From an uncultured delta proteobacterium (lineage in GTDB: Bacteria > Myxococcota > Myxococcia > Myxococcales > Myxococcaceae), in NCBI GenBank assembly GCA_963713045.1, contig CAVQKE010000004.1, positions 800,001-864,000 of the forward strand: DNA of 64,000 bases, given 5' to 3'. The position numbers and the translations under genes are program-made. The notes beneath the pieces were generated by a model. The model searched no databases. It was not told the DNA's origin and saw only the letters and a program-made list of their open reading frames with translations. This document shows, in pieces, positions 39,702 through 50,438 of this stretch. How positions within the stretch are numbered: position 1 is the first letter of the stretch; each line of letters starts with the position of its first letter.

Positions 39702-40658
39702 ATGAAGAGGCTCTTCCTAGTTGTCAGCCTATTCGTCGGGACCATGGTCTCCGCACAAGAGGCGCTGAAAGTCGACCCGAAACTGCCGGACTACAAAGTC
39801 CAGTCGGGCATCTCGGGCAACCTCAATTCCATCGGTTCGGACACACTCAACAACCTGATGACGTTTTGGGCCGAGTCTTTCCGCAAGCTTTACCCTAACG
39901 TGAAAATCCAGATTGAGGGCAAGGGAAGCTCGACCGCGCCGCCCGCGTTGATTGCCGGAACGGCGCAGCTCGGCCCGATGAGTCGCGAGATGAAGGGCGC
40001 CGAGGTCGACAGCTTCGAGAAGAAGTTCGGGTACAAGCCCCGGGGCGTCACGGTCGCGCTGGACGGTTTGGCGGTCTTCGTCAACAAGGACAACCCACTT
40101 AAGTCACTGACTTTGCAGCAAGTGGATTCTATCTTCTCCAGCACTCGGAAGCGCGGCGGCCAACCAATTGCTACTTGGGGTCAGGTAGGGCTGAGCGGTG
40201 AATGGGCCAATCGCCCAATTAGTCTGTACGGCCGCAACAGTGCCTCCGGCACCTACGGCTTCTTCAAGGAGCACACCCTCAGCAACGGAGACTATTCCAA
40301 CTCAGTGAAGGAGCAGCCGGGTTCTGCATCGGTGGTTCAGGGCGTCGAAAAAGAGCTTGGAGGCATCGGGTACAGCGGCATCGGTTACAAGACCTCTGGG
40401 GTGAAGGCGCTCGCCATCGCCGACAAAGGGGCTCCCGTTGAGCCGACCTATGAGAACGTCGAGGACTTCAAGTATCCAATTGCCCGATACCTGTACGTTT
40501 ACATAAACTTGCCTCCGACGGGCGGGGACCGCCTCACGTGCGAATTCATCAAGTTCGTGCTGTCCAAGAGCGGCCAAGAGGACACCATCAAGGACGGCTA
40601 CTTCCCGCTGTCCGCCAAAGCGGCAACCAAGGCCTGGACTGTCTCAGGCTGCAAGTAG
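39702..40658 (+). CDS. pstS: Phosphate-binding protein PstS (Pseudomonas-like clade)
   Basis: Signal peptide, SIGSDTL, GKGSSTAPPAL, YGRNSASGTYGFFKE. Confidence 0.92.
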   Translation: MKRLFLVVSLFVGTMVSAQEALKVDPKLPDYKVQSGISGNLNSIGSDTLNNLMTFWAESFRKLYPNVKIQIEGKGSSTAPPALIAGTAQLGPMSREMKGAEVDSFEKKFGYKPRGVTVALDGLAVFVNKDNPLKSLTLQQVDSIFSSTRKRGGQPIATWGQVGLSGEWANRPISLYGRNSASGTYGFFKEHTLSNGDYSNSVKEQPGSASVVQGVEKELGGIGYSGIGYKTSGVKALAIADKGAPVEPTYENVEDFKYPIARYLYVYINLPPTGGDRLTCEFIKFVLSKSGQEDTIKDGYFPLSAKAATKAWTVSGCK

Positions 40659-40742
40659 CGTCTTTAGCGGGACCGAGGTTTGCTCTAAGGCGGTCCTCGC
40701 TTGCGAACTCGCGTGACCGCCGTGCCGCCCGAAAAGCCCGAT

Positions 40743-43130
40743 ATGCGCGCCGCCGAAGGCGAAGGCTCCTCCGACGGGGGCCCCGCTCCCTCGACCCCCG
40801 GCCGGGAGCCTTTCCGTGTCTCAAAGTCCGTGGCTCGGCGGGTGAAGCTCGCCGATAAGACAGCGGACGTCCTTATCCGCTTGGGCGGTACCCTCGTCAT
40901 TCTGGCCATCGCGCTCATCTTTGTCTTCATTCTTCGCGAAGTCCTCCCCCTCTTCTATGCCGCGACGGTCGGGGAGCCGCAGGTCCATCGCGCACTGAGT
41001 GCAAGTGAAGGAGGCGCGCCCCTGGCGGCCGGTACTGACGAATTCGAGTCTTTCGTCTACATGGCCAGGGCCGATAGCTCTGTGGAGTTGCGGACGCTGC
41101 CTGCCTGGGAGGGGATTCCGGCGCTCCGCAGCACCTACCTAGGCAGTCGTCACGTCAACACAGCTTATCTCGGGCCCAGCCGGGGATTGCTATTGCTGGG
41201 CACCGACGACGGGCACGTCGGACTGGTCCAAGTCACGTTCGACGAGGCGTTCACCAGCGACGGCAAGCGTACCATCAAACCGGGGTTGAAAGACCTAGCG
41301 CTGGTGCAGCTTCCAGGCTCATCGAAGGCGGTCCAGCGGCTGTTCGGCCGCTGGAACATCAATGGAGGGGTGGCCTTCGTCGCGGAGACGGGCGAAGGCA
41401 ATCTCGTCGTCGCGACCGTCACTTCTAGCGGCTTCGAGAAGGCGGAAGACTCCGCCGGGCTGCTGTCGTCGCCGGAGGGCGCGGACATTACAGACGGACC
41501 CTTCCAGATTCAAACGTTGAAAACCGCGTTGGATGCACCCACCGTTGCAATGGCCATGGACTCGGATGCAAACCTGCTGCTGGTCGCAACTGCAGCAGGG
41601 ACACTCTACCAATGGCAGCTGACGGCAGACGCCTCGAAGCCGTTCGCCATTTACACAAGCCCGGGAAAGTTGGCGTCGGAGTTTGGGGTACGACCCGCCG
41701 GCCCCCGGGATGACACTCGGCGCATCACGGCGCTGGAAATACTTATTGGGGACCAGTCGGTCATTGTCGGCTACGACGATGGAGCTCTTGAGGACTGGCT
41801 TGGTGTCCGTCAGTCGGAAAGCGACGTCCTGAAGAAGATTCGGCCAGTACGGATCTTCGACAGCCTCCCCGCTCGCGTAACGGCGTTGCGGCCGTCTGAC
41901 CGCAACAAGACCTTCCTGGCGGCGTCGAGCGATGGAACCGCCGAGCTCGCTTACAGTACTTCTGGCCGAAGGCTTGCGAGCTACCGGATTGGCGGGTACC
42001 CGGTCGACCTTGGGTACAGCCCGAAGCTGACAAGCGTCCTTGCCGTCACCCGCGAAGGCGACGTTGACTATCGCACGCTTTCTGACCCCCATCCGGATAT
42101 CTCGCTTGGCATGCTGTTCGGGAAGGTCTGGTACGAGGGCTACGACCGTCCCGAATACATCTGGCAGTCGTCGAGCGGCAGCGATGCCTTTGAGCCGAAG
42201 TTCAGTCTCGTCCCCCTCATCATCGGCACGCTGAAAGGTGCCTTTTACGGTCTGCTCTTCGCAATCCCAATCGCTCTCTTCGCTGCTCTGTACACCTCCC
42301 AGTTTCTTTCTGCCTCGCTCCGCGCAGTCTTCAAGCCGATTATTGAAGTGATGGCTGCTCTCCCAAGTGTTGTCATCGGCTTCCTTGCCGGGTTGTGGTT
42401 AGCGCCGATTCTTGAAGACAAGCTCCCCGCGTTGATGTTTCTCGGACTTCTCGTGCCAGTCGTGATTCTGGCTATGACCGCTGTATGGAGAATCGTCCCG
42501 AAGGCGCTCAAAGCTTGGCTCCCCGAAGGGCGCGAGGTATTCGTCCTGATTCCACTGGTTGTCCTCTGCCTCTGGGCGAGCCTCGCCATCGGGCCATCCA
42601 TCGACAGAGCCCTGTTCGGTGGCGACATCCGACAATGGATTTTCAACACCTTCCAGGTCCGGGTCGAACAGCGCAATAGCATCGTGGTCGGTATCGCCAT
42701 GGGCTTCGCAGTCATCCCGATGATTTTCACCATCGCCGATGATGCGTTCTCGAACGTTCCGAAAAGCTTTACTTCTGCATCGCTCGCGCTAGGGGCGAGC
42801 CGCTGGCAAACAGCGCTGAGAGTCATCGCGCCCACCGCGAGCCCAGGCGTCTTCTCGGCAGTCATGATTGGCTTCGGTCGGGCCGTCGGCGAGACAATGA
42901 TTGTTCTGATGGCTACTGGGAACACACCCGTGCTGAGTTTCAGTCCCTTCAACGGCATGCGGACGCTGTCTGCGAACATCGCCGTCGAAATCCCTGAAGC
43001 CCCATTGAACGAGACTCACTACCGCGTTCTCTTCCTGGCCGCGTTGTTGCTTTTCATCCTCACGTTCGTGGTCAATACCGCAGCCGAGGTCGTCCGCCAG
43101 CGCCTACGCGAGAAGTACCAAGCCGTCTAG
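40743..43130 (+). CDS. pstC: Phosphate ABC permease PstC with a large N-terminal beta-rich domain
   Basis: WQSSSG..FEPKFSL, IEVMAALPSVV, GRAVGETM. Start approximate. Confidence 0.9.
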   Translation: MRAAEGEGSSDGGPAPSTPGREPFRVSKSVARRVKLADKTADVLIRLGGTLVILAIALIFVFILREVLPLFYAATVGEPQVHRALSASEGGAPLAAGTDEFESFVYMARADSSVELRTLPAWEGIPALRSTYLGSRHVNTAYLGPSRGLLLLGTDDGHVGLVQVTFDEAFTSDGKRTIKPGLKDLALVQLPGSSKAVQRLFGRWNINGGVAFVAETGEGNLVVATVTSSGFEKAEDSAGLLSSPEGADITDGPFQIQTLKTALDAPTVAMAMDSDANLLLVATAAGTLYQWQLTADASKPFAIYTSPGKLASEFGVRPAGPRDDTRRITALEILIGDQSVIVGYDDGALEDWLGVRQSESDVLKKIRPVRIFDSLPARVTALRPSDRNKTFLAASSDGTAELAYSTSGRRLASYRIGGYPVDLGYSPKLTSVLAVTREGDVDYRTLSDPHPDISLGMLFGKVWYEGYDRPEYIWQSSSGSDAFEPKFSLVPLIIGTLKGAFYGLLFAIPIALFAALYTSQFLSASLRAVFKPIIEVMAALPSVVIGFLAGLWLAPILEDKLPALMFLGLLVPVVILAMTAVWRIVPKALKAWLPEGREVFVLIPLVVLCLWASLAIGPSIDRALFGGDIRQWIFNTFQVRVEQRNSIVVGIAMGFAVIPMIFTIADDAFSNVPKSFTSASLALGASRWQTALRVIAPTASPGVFSAVMIGFGRAVGETMIVLMATGNTPVLSFSPFNGMRTLSANIAVEIPEAPLNETHYRVLFLAALLLFILTFVVNTAAEVVRQRLREKYQAV

Positions 43131-43148
43131 AACAAGGGTTCCAACACC

Positions 43149-44807
43149 ATGGCTCGGAACGGGGCATCGTTCACCCGCGAGAAAGTTCCCTCCCTGGGGA
43201 AGGTCTTCCGCCGCGGCGAGCAGTGGGTGTGGTTTTCCGGCGCCGCCCTCGCCGCGGCGCTGATCCTCATCGCGGGACTCCTGCTCATCATTGTCCTTAA
43301 CGGCGCAGGGACGTTCTGGCCCCGCCCGCTCACCGAGGGCACCCGTCCGGACGGGAGCAAGACGCTCGGAGTCGTGGTGGACAATGGCATTCTTCGCGAG
43401 CAGCAGCCCGGGGGCGGCATCCGTAAGGTACCGCAGACCCAGTTCAAGGTAGGCAACCGCGACGTTTTCGGGTCGGACTTCGTCTGGTATCACGACGAGG
43501 CTCTTACCGCGCTGAACCAGCCCGCCGATGCCGTTGCAATCGAACGGACGGAGAATGGAGACTTCTACGGATTTCTCGTCGAGGTTAAAAAGCGCGACGA
43601 GGTCGTGGCGCAGGGCGAACAGGCCTGGCTCGCGGTCAACGGACGACTTCCGGAGGTCATCCAACTCCGCAAGCGCATCCGGGCGCTCGAGAAAAACGAC
43701 GTCGGCAAGCTCAATGCAGAAATCCGGCGGGCCGAATTGGCCGCTAAGCGCGCTGGAGCGCGGGCACCCGAGGAAGTTGGACGACAACAGGCGATCATCA
43801 CTGCGGCTAGGGCGAAATATGGAGAGCTGACGAACCACATCGGAGAGCTTCAGGCGGCGGCCAGCACGTGGGTGGCAGTCATGCGCACGGCCGATGGCAG
43901 AACAAAGGACATCCCGTTTGTTAACATCGTCGACATCTGGCGGCCGAACCGGATGAGTTTTTTGGCAAAACTCGGCCACTACCTGAAGCACGCATGGTGG
44001 TTCGTCTCCGAAGAGCCACGGGAGTCGAATCAGGAGGGGGGAGTTTTCCCCGCACTATTTGGCACCGTGATGATGACGCTGCTGATGACCATTGCCTGTA
44101 CACCGCTTGGCGTTGTCACTGCCCTGTACCTTCGCGAGTATGCTCGCCAAGGTCCGGTGGTGCGTATAGTTCGCATCGCCGTGAATAACCTCGCTGGCGT
44201 GCCTTCCATCGTTTTCGGTGTCTTCGGGCTGGGATTTTTCATCTATTTCATCGGAGGTAGCATCGACCGACTTTTCTATCCGGAGATCTTGCCAACTCCA
44301 ACCTACGGAACAGGAGGTATCCTCTGGGCATCGTTGACCCTTGCCCTCCTTACGGTACCCGTCGTCATCGTCGCGGCAGAGGAAGCAGTTGCATCCGTCC
44401 CACGGGGCATGCGCGAGGGTTCTTTGGCGCTTGGGGCCTCAAAGTTTCAAACCATCACACGGATTGTTCTCCCCGCTGCGCTGCCGGGAATTCTCACGGG
44501 AGTCATTTTGGCGATGGCGCGCGGTGCCGGTGAAGTCGCGCCACTGATGATTACCGGCGTAGTGAAGCTCGCTCCAGAGCTCCCCTTCGATGGGGTCTTT
44601 CCCTATTTTCATTTGGACCGTAAATTCATGCATCTTGGCTTCCACATCTACGACGTTGGCTTCCAATCGCCAAACGTTGAGGCCTCGAAGCCGATGGTCT
44701 TTACGACCGCCCTGCTTCTGATTGTGATTGTCGTGCTGCTTAACCTTGCAGCCATCCATCTGCGTAACCGAATCCGGCGGAAGTATCAGACGGGAGCCTT
44801 TTCTTGA
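43149..44807 (+). CDS. pstA: Phosphate ABC permease PstA (long form)
   Basis: [30 protein letters not shown]. Confidence 0.93.
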   Translation: MARNGASFTREKVPSLGKVFRRGEQWVWFSGAALAAALILIAGLLLIIVLNGAGTFWPRPLTEGTRPDGSKTLGVVVDNGILREQQPGGGIRKVPQTQFKVGNRDVFGSDFVWYHDEALTALNQPADAVAIERTENGDFYGFLVEVKKRDEVVAQGEQAWLAVNGRLPEVIQLRKRIRALEKNDVGKLNAEIRRAELAAKRAGARAPEEVGRQQAIITAARAKYGELTNHIGELQAAASTWVAVMRTADGRTKDIPFVNIVDIWRPNRMSFLAKLGHYLKHAWWFVSEEPRESNQEGGVFPALFGTVMMTLLMTIACTPLGVVTALYLREYARQGPVVRIVRIAVNNLAGVPSIVFGVFGLGFFIYFIGGSIDRLFYPEILPTPTYGTGGILWASLTLALLTVPVVIVAAEEAVASVPRGMREGSLALGASKFQTITRIVLPAALPGILTGVILAMARGAGEVAPLMITGVVKLAPELPFDGVFPYFHLDRKFMHLGFHIYDVGFQSPNVEASKPMVFTTALLLIVIVVLLNLAAIHLRNRIRRKYQTGAFS

Positions 44808-45688
44808 AACAGGACGGCGCCCCTGCTGTGGAAGACCAGCTCAAAAAACGGACGGCTCAGCCTGGTGACGAGTCGCTGCTCTCCCGCGCACCAACGATCA
44901 CCAGTGGGCTAGCCAACAAAGAGCGCGTCGACTTCGTCCCGAAAATCAAGGTCCAAGACCTTTCGCTCTTTTATGGCAGTGCGCAGGCACTCTACGGCGT
45001 TTCGCTCGTCATTCCAAAGAAGCAGGTAACGGCATTCATTGGACCTTCTGGCTGCGGGAAAAGCACGCTTCTCCGCTGCATCAACCGAATGAACGACCTC
45101 ATCGGAGGCGTTCGAATCACCGGGAAGCTGCTCATCGACGAACAGGACGTCAATGAGCCGCATCTCGACGTCATCGAGCTCCGAAAGCACGTCGGGATGG
45201 TGTTTCAGAAGTCGAACCCCTTTCCGAAGTCCATCTACGAGAACGTCGCGTACGGGCTGCGAATCGCAGGGATGAACGACAAGAAGGTTCTCGATGACGT
45301 CGTCGAGCGAAGCCTGAGACGCGCGGCCCTCTGGGACGAGGCGAAGGACCGGCTCGACGCGAGCGCTCTCGGTTTATCGGGGGGCCAGCAGCAGCGACTG
45401 AGCATCGCTCGCGCAATCGCCGTCGACCCGGAAGTCATTTTGATGGACGAGCCGTGTTCCGCGCTCGACCCCATAGCCACGGCGAAGATTGAAGAGCTCA
45501 TCGCCGAACTCAAGAGCTCCTTCACCATCGTCGTCGTGACACACAACATGCAGCAGGCGGCCCGCGTTTCGGACCGGACTGCCTTCTTCTACCTGGGTCG
45601 TCTCATCGAATACGCGGACACAGTGACCATCTTTACGAATCCACAGGTCAACCAAACTGAGGAATACATCACCGGTCGTTTCGGATGA
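44804..45688 (+). CDS. pstB: Phosphate ABC ATPase
   Basis: [34 protein letters not shown]. Confidence 0.96.
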   Translation: MKQDGAPAVEDQLKKRTAQPGDESLLSRAPTITSGLANKERVDFVPKIKVQDLSLFYGSAQALYGVSLVIPKKQVTAFIGPSGCGKSTLLRCINRMNDLIGGVRITGKLLIDEQDVNEPHLDVIELRKHVGMVFQKSNPFPKSIYENVAYGLRIAGMNDKKVLDDVVERSLRRAALWDEAKDRLDASALGLSGGQQQRLSIARAIAVDPEVILMDEPCSALDPIATAKIEELIAELKSSFTIVVVTHNMQQAARVSDRTAFFYLGRLIEYADTVTIFTNPQVNQTEEYITGRFG

Positions 45689-46416
45689 TTCGAGGGTTAT
45701 CAGCCATGCCTTCAGAGAAGTCGGAGCCGGTCCTCGAGCACACAGACAAGGCCTTCGAGGCGGACCTTCGCGAAGTCCGCGAAAAACTGCTCGGCATGGG
45801 GGACAAGGTCGAGCAACAAATCGCCAAAAGCATGCGGGCGCTTACCGAGCGGGACTCGCAGCTTGCGGAGCAAGTGATAGACGGCGACCAGGAGATTAAC
45901 TGCCTCGAGGTCGACATCGACAATCTTTGTCGCCGTACGCTGGCGCTTCGGCAGCCGGAGGCGAGCGATTTGCGGTTAATCACCACGGCGCTAAAAATCG
46001 TCACTGACCTGGAGAGAATCGGCGATGAGGCTGTGAATATCGCAGAGCGGGCCTTCGAGTTGAATCAGTCGCCAGCTTTGGCACCCTACGTTGACTTGCC
46101 GAGACTCTCAGATTTGGCGCAAGAGCAGGTGAGGAGGGCTCTCGACGCGTTCTTGCGGCAGGACACACAGGCGGCGGAGCAAGTCCTTCAGAACGACGAC
46201 CAGCTCGACGACCTCTTCGTGAAAATTTTTAACGAACTCCTCAACTTCATGATGGAGGATTCTCGCACCATCCGGCGGGCGACTGCGCTTGTGTCCATCT
46301 GTAAGTACCTTGAGCGCATGGGTGACCACGCGATGAATGTCGCCGAGATGGTCATCTACATGGTCCGCGGAACGGACGTGCGGCATCCGAAGAGCCGCAC
46401 GGCGATGCAGCCCTAG
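45685..46416 (+). CDS. phoU: Phosphate signalling protein PhoU
   Basis: [27 protein letters not shown]. Confidence 0.95.
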   Translation: MIRGLSAMPSEKSEPVLEHTDKAFEADLREVREKLLGMGDKVEQQIAKSMRALTERDSQLAEQVIDGDQEINCLEVDIDNLCRRTLALRQPEASDLRLITTALKIVTDLERIGDEAVNIAERAFELNQSPALAPYVDLPRLSDLAQEQVRRALDAFLRQDTQAAEQVLQNDDQLDDLFVKIFNELLNFMMEDSRTIRRATALVSICKYLERMGDHAMNVAEMVIYMVRGTDVRHPKSRTAMQP

Positions 46417-46515
46417 GCGTCGAGGCCAGGTGAGGCTGCTGTCCCGCCGCATCAAGCCGTTTGCCTTGTCACGTTTCATGCATTGGGTTCGACGCCGCGA
46501 GCGATGCCGAAGGCG

Positions 46516-47601
46516 TCAGTAGAGGCCCGGAATGATGCGGTATGGCACACGGCGGCAGTACTCGGTCCAGAGCCCCCCGTACTTGGCCGCGCACCGCTTG
46601 TCATCGTCTGCCTGTCGGGGGACGAGCAGCGCGACGTAATAGGCCGGGTAGAGCCATGGCCGCGGGTCAAGCGGCCAGCCGAGCGCCAGCGTCAGCCCGA
46701 TGGCCATGAGAATTTCCCCCAGGTAGTTGATGTGCCGCGACAGGCGCCAGAAGCCGCTGCAGAGCAGTCGATGGGACCCGTTGGAAACGGCCACCGGTGC
46801 CAAAAACCCAAGGAGCTTCGTGTCGGGGTTCGTCTTGAAGAGGAACTTCTGAAGGTTCGCCCCGCGGGAGAGCCCCCAGCCAGCGAAGAAGACCAGCGAA
46901 TCGACGACCAGGAGCGCAACCGGCGTGTGCGGATTGGGTTTGTCTGCGACCGACCAGAGTCCGATGCAATAGAAGTAGGGATAGAAGGCGATGCAGCCCC
47001 AGCCGAGCTTGAACCCGACACGTTCGGCGACGAAGTCGTAGGTGTAGAGATGGACTTCCTCGAAGAAGAGGTACTCGCAGACGAAGAAGGTGAAGAGCGC
47101 CATGTGCACGAAGACACCCGGTGAGACCTCCCCTGGGTGAGCGAGTGCTTGGTGCGCCGCGAAGGACAGCACGTTGAGTTCGAGCTGAATGGCGCCGATG
47201 AGATAGAGGTACATCTTCGCGTCGACCAACGTCTCGCCCCTTCGACTCAACCACTGCGGGTTCTCGCGGCGCCCCAAAAAGAGTTCCGCCAACAAGGGTT
47301 CCCCCGACTTGGGTGCGCCGAGGACGATACCAAAGGTAAACAGCAGGCCTAGGACGCACGCGCCGGCGAGTCCCTCCCATCGGTGCTGCCAGAAAAAGTC
47401 CCATGGAAGTACGCCGAGTCCGGCGGCACTGCCGTACAAAGCCAGAATGACCGCGAGAACGAGGAGCCCGTTGAGCCGATAGCGCAGCGGCTTCCCGTCA
47501 ATGCCGCGCACATACCCCGTCACATGGCGCGCGGGGAGCACAACGTGAAGCGCGAGGATCAGCGCATAGACAATCCAGGGCGCGAAGAATCCGGTGGTCA
47601 T
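46516..47601 (-). CDS. ERG4/ERG24 family sterol reductase-like membrane enzyme
   Basis: YRLNG, LLCSGFWRLSRHINYLGEI, DDKRCAAKYG.LW.EYC.RVPYRIIP. Confidence 0.87.
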   Translation of the reverse strand: MTTGFFAPWIVYALILALHVVLPARHVTGYVRGIDGKPLRYRLNGLLVLAVILALYGSAAGLGVLPWDFFWQHRWEGLAGACVLGLLFTFGIVLGAPKSGEPLLAELFLGRRENPQWLSRRGETLVDAKMYLYLIGAIQLELNVLSFAAHQALAHPGEVSPGVFVHMALFTFFVCEYLFFEEVHLYTYDFVAERVGFKLGWGCIAFYPYFYCIGLWSVADKPNPHTPVALLVVDSLVFFAGWGLSRGANLQKFLFKTNPDTKLLGFLAPVAVSNGSHRLLCSGFWRLSRHINYLGEILMAIGLTLALGWPLDPRPWLYPAYYVALLVPRQADDDKRCAAKYGGLWTEYCRRVPYRIIPGLY

Positions 47602-47729
47602 TGATGGGCGCCCAGAGGACGGCTTTCGGTGGGAATCGAACTCGTGTCCGAGGCCTTTAAACCAATCCACCCTGCTGAGTGCCGGCGGCGGGCCCCGCAT
47701 CGGGCGAGGAGCCCTCGTAGCTCAAAAAA

Positions 47730-47749
47730 TGCTACCTATGCTGCTACCT
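47730..47749. repeat. TGCTACCT direct repeat next to the tRNA 3' end
   Basis: TGCTACCT-ATGC-TGCTACCT. Confidence 0.6.
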
Positions 47750-47754
47750 TTGAG

Positions 47755-47826
47755 TGGGCGCACCAGGTTTCGAACCTGGGACCCCTGCCGTGTGAAGGCA
47801 GTGCTCTACCGCTGAGCTATGCGCCC
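47755..47826 (-). tRNA. tRNA-Val(CAC)
   Basis: GGGCGCA TAGCTCAGCGGTAGAGC A CTGCC TT CAC AC GGCAG GGGTC CCAGG TTCGAAA CCTGG TGCGCCC A folds as a cloverleaf; CCA not encoded. Confidence 0.96.
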
Positions 47827-47876
47827 CTGCTGCAGCTGCGCCGGGGCCGAATGAGTGCCAAACCCCTCTCTCTATG

Positions 47877-48161
47877 TCAATCCCGTTTCAGCATTGCGCT
47901 CGAGAGACGCTCATCGAGCTCACGCACTCGGCGCTTGAGTCCGGAAAGAGATTTCCCGAGCGCTTTGAAATCGCTCTTCGATGCAAGCTGTAAGGCGCGC
48001 ATCAATTCCTGTTGAGTGCGGTCGAGCGCCCGCTTTCCGCGCTGCACCGTCCCGAGCGCTTCGGCGACCACCCGCGCTCGCTCTGCGTCAGCTTGGAGAA
48101 ATTCTATTGTCCGACGAGAGACGTTGAAGGCCTCGTCGTGTAGCTTCTTTCTCATCCCCAT
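47877..48161 (-). CDS. Small coiled-coil hypothetical protein (phasin-like)
   Basis: Amphipathic helices; GGAGG RBS. Confidence 0.65.
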   Translation of the reverse strand: MGMRKKLHDEAFNVSRRTIEFLQADAERARVVAEALGTVQRGKRALDRTQQELMRALQLASKSDFKALGKSLSGLKRRVRELDERLSSAMLKRD

Positions 48162-48288
48162 CGGTCCGCCTCCTTCGAGGGGCCACCGGTTGTACTGCAT
48201 CCTTGGGCCTTGGGGCGGGCTGCGCCCTTCTCACACCGCGTGGAAGGAGCCCACCCCCGGGGCGACTCGCAAGCCACCACCGGAGCAA

Positions 48289-48714
48289 TTACAACTCGTC
48301 CACGAAGCGCGTTTTGATACGTCCCAACACCCGTTCGGCGAGCCCCTTGTGCTGCATGCGCTCGACCAACGGCTGGAGGTCTCCCTCCACGTGGACGCGG
48401 CGCCGAAGCACTGCTTCGACTGGGTCAAGCGTCCCAAGCAGAAAGCCCTTCCAGACGCTGTACGGCGCCTGGATTCGGTAGGCCGGCTCAAATTCGTCCA
48501 AATCATCTGGGTCGACGAGGACTGTCCATTTCCTAATTCTGCCGTCGACCGGCTGAAAGTAGACGACGAAAGGTCGGTCCAATTTCCCCGCTTCGGCCTC
48601 AACCACCACACCAATGTCCGCGTTCCAACCGAAGCCCGCCCGGACAGTTTCAGGGTCTGCCTCCAGCACGCGGAGCGCCTCCTCGCACCACGTTCGTGAA
48701 GGAAAGTCAGGCAT
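48289..48714 (-). CDS. SCP2 sterol/lipid-binding domain-like protein
   Basis: FPS..W, APYSVWK..L.G.LDPV.A......VEGDL. Confidence 0.7.
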   Translation of the reverse strand: MPDFPSRTWCEEALRVLEADPETVRAGFGWNADIGVVVEAEAGKLDRPFVVYFQPVDGRIRKWTVLVDPDDLDEFEPAYRIQAPYSVWKGFLLGTLDPVEAVLRRRVHVEGDLQPLVERMQHKGLAERVLGRIKTRFVDEL

Positions 48715-48732
48715 GCCGCGACAGGGAACCCT

Positions 48733-50343
48733 TCAATTCCGGCCGAAAATGCGGCGCAATCCAGACATCAAGCCCGCCCGTGGCTCATCGACAGCTGTCG
48801 CAGCGACCGTCATCCGGCGCTGGCGCTCCTCAGCCAGGGCCCGCTTCAAGGTGTCCGGGGTATCCCGGGTGGCCAGCGCCACGTGGCGCGGACCGGTGTC
48901 GAGGTCGATGACCACTTCCAGCAGGCACTCTTCGTTGAGGCGGAAGTCGATTCGTCGGCCGGCGGCAGAGGCCGGCACCTTCACCGTCCCAAGGTATTCG
49001 TTGTCGACGATGAATTCGCTGTCGCCCTGGAAAATGTCCAATTCAATGGTCGGAGAAGGCTCCTTGGGGCCAGGTAAACGAAAGCTGGTCGTCAGCGGAA
49101 TAATCGAGTTCTTGTCGATGATTTTCCGGAAGCGGCCATTGGGCAGGGCAAAACCAATCGGCATCGACAGAACGTCGAGCAGCGTCACCGCGTCGATGGT
49201 GCCCAGAGAGTCGCCAAGGAGGGCCGCGCCCAACGCGACGCACTCGTCCGGGTGGACGCCCTTGCGGGCCGGCTTGCCGAAGTGACGGCCAATCTCCTGC
49301 TGCACCAGGGGCATTCGACTCTGGCCCCCGACCAGGATGACCTCGTCGATGGTCGAGCGCTCGATGCCCTTCTCTTCCAGCACCCGGTCGCAGATGGCGA
49401 ACGTTCGATCCACCAAGTCCCGGGTCAGCGCATTGAGCTGCTCGCGGGTGAGCGGCACCCGTAGGTCAACCGGCTTGCCTTTACGCTCCTCGATGAACGG
49501 TAACTCAATGACGACGTTGGGAATGAGCGTCAGGTCAATCTTAGCCGCCTCGGCCGCATTTTTGAGCCGCTGCATCGCAATGGGACTCTGGCTGAGGTCC
49601 ACCTTGGTTTCGCGCTGAAACGCCGCGAGCACGTAGTCGATGATGCGATTGTCGAAGTCCACGCCGCCGAGAAAGGTGTCGCCCCCGGTCGCCAGCACCT
49701 CGAAAACATTCCCGGTCACTTGGAGGACGGAAACGTCGAAGGTGCCGCCGCCCAAGTCATAGACGAGGATGTTCTGATCGAGACCTCGGTTGAATCCATA
49801 GGCGAGCGCCGCGGCGGTTGGCTCGTTGACGATGCGCTTCACGTCGAAGCCCGCCAGCAGTCCTGCTTCCTTGACGGCTTGGCGCTGATGGTCGTTGTAG
49901 TAGGCCGGGACCGAGATGACGGCCTCGGCGACAGCCCCTCCGAGAAACTGCTCGGCGATCCGCTTGGCGTGGGCGAGCACGAAGCTACTAATTTGCGGAA
50001 GCGAATAGGTCGTCCCGCCGAGGTTGACCGCGGCGTCGCCCTTGGGCCCCTCGAGAATCTCGTAGGTGAAGTAGCCTTTGATTTCTTGAACGACGCGCGA
50101 GTTGTACTGGCGCCCAATCAGGCGTTTGGCGCCATAGATGGTATTCGTCGGGTTGACGACCATCTGGTCCTTGGCCACGTTGCCGACCAGCAAGTCGCCC
50201 TTGGCGGAAACTGCGACGACCGAGGGGAGGATGAGGTTGCCGCGGTCCGTCGGGACGACCTTGGGAATTCGGTTCCTCACCGACGCCACGCAGGTGTTGG
50301 TGGTGCCGAGGTCGATACCGACGATGCGTGCTTTTTCGGCCAT
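48733..50343 (-). CDS. Hsp70/DnaK-like protein, short C-terminus
   Basis: [44 protein letters not shown]. Confidence 0.92.
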   Translation of the reverse strand: MAEKARIVGIDLGTTNTCVASVRNRIPKVVPTDRGNLILPSVVAVSAKGDLLVGNVAKDQMVVNPTNTIYGAKRLIGRQYNSRVVQEIKGYFTYEILEGPKGDAAVNLGGTTYSLPQISSFVLAHAKRIAEQFLGGAVAEAVISVPAYYNDHQRQAVKEAGLLAGFDVKRIVNEPTAAALAYGFNRGLDQNILVYDLGGGTFDVSVLQVTGNVFEVLATGGDTFLGGVDFDNRIIDYVLAAFQRETKVDLSQSPIAMQRLKNAAEAAKIDLTLIPNVVIELPFIEERKGKPVDLRVPLTREQLNALTRDLVDRTFAICDRVLEEKGIERSTIDEVILVGGQSRMPLVQQEIGRHFGKPARKGVHPDECVALGAALLGDSLGTIDAVTLLDVLSMPIGFALPNGRFRKIIDKNSIIPLTTSFRLPGPKEPSPTIELDIFQGDSEFIVDNEYLGTVKVPASAAGRRIDFRLNEECLLEVVIDLDTGPRHVALATRDTPDTLKRALAEERQRRMTVAATAVDEPRAGLMSGLRRIFGRN

Positions 50344-50438
50344 GGAGCGTCTGACCAGTGTAAGCCGCGGGCCGCGCCGCCACCAACGCTCGAGATTTTG
50401 ACCCGCGGCCCGCTCGGCACGACCATGGGGCGGTCCCG

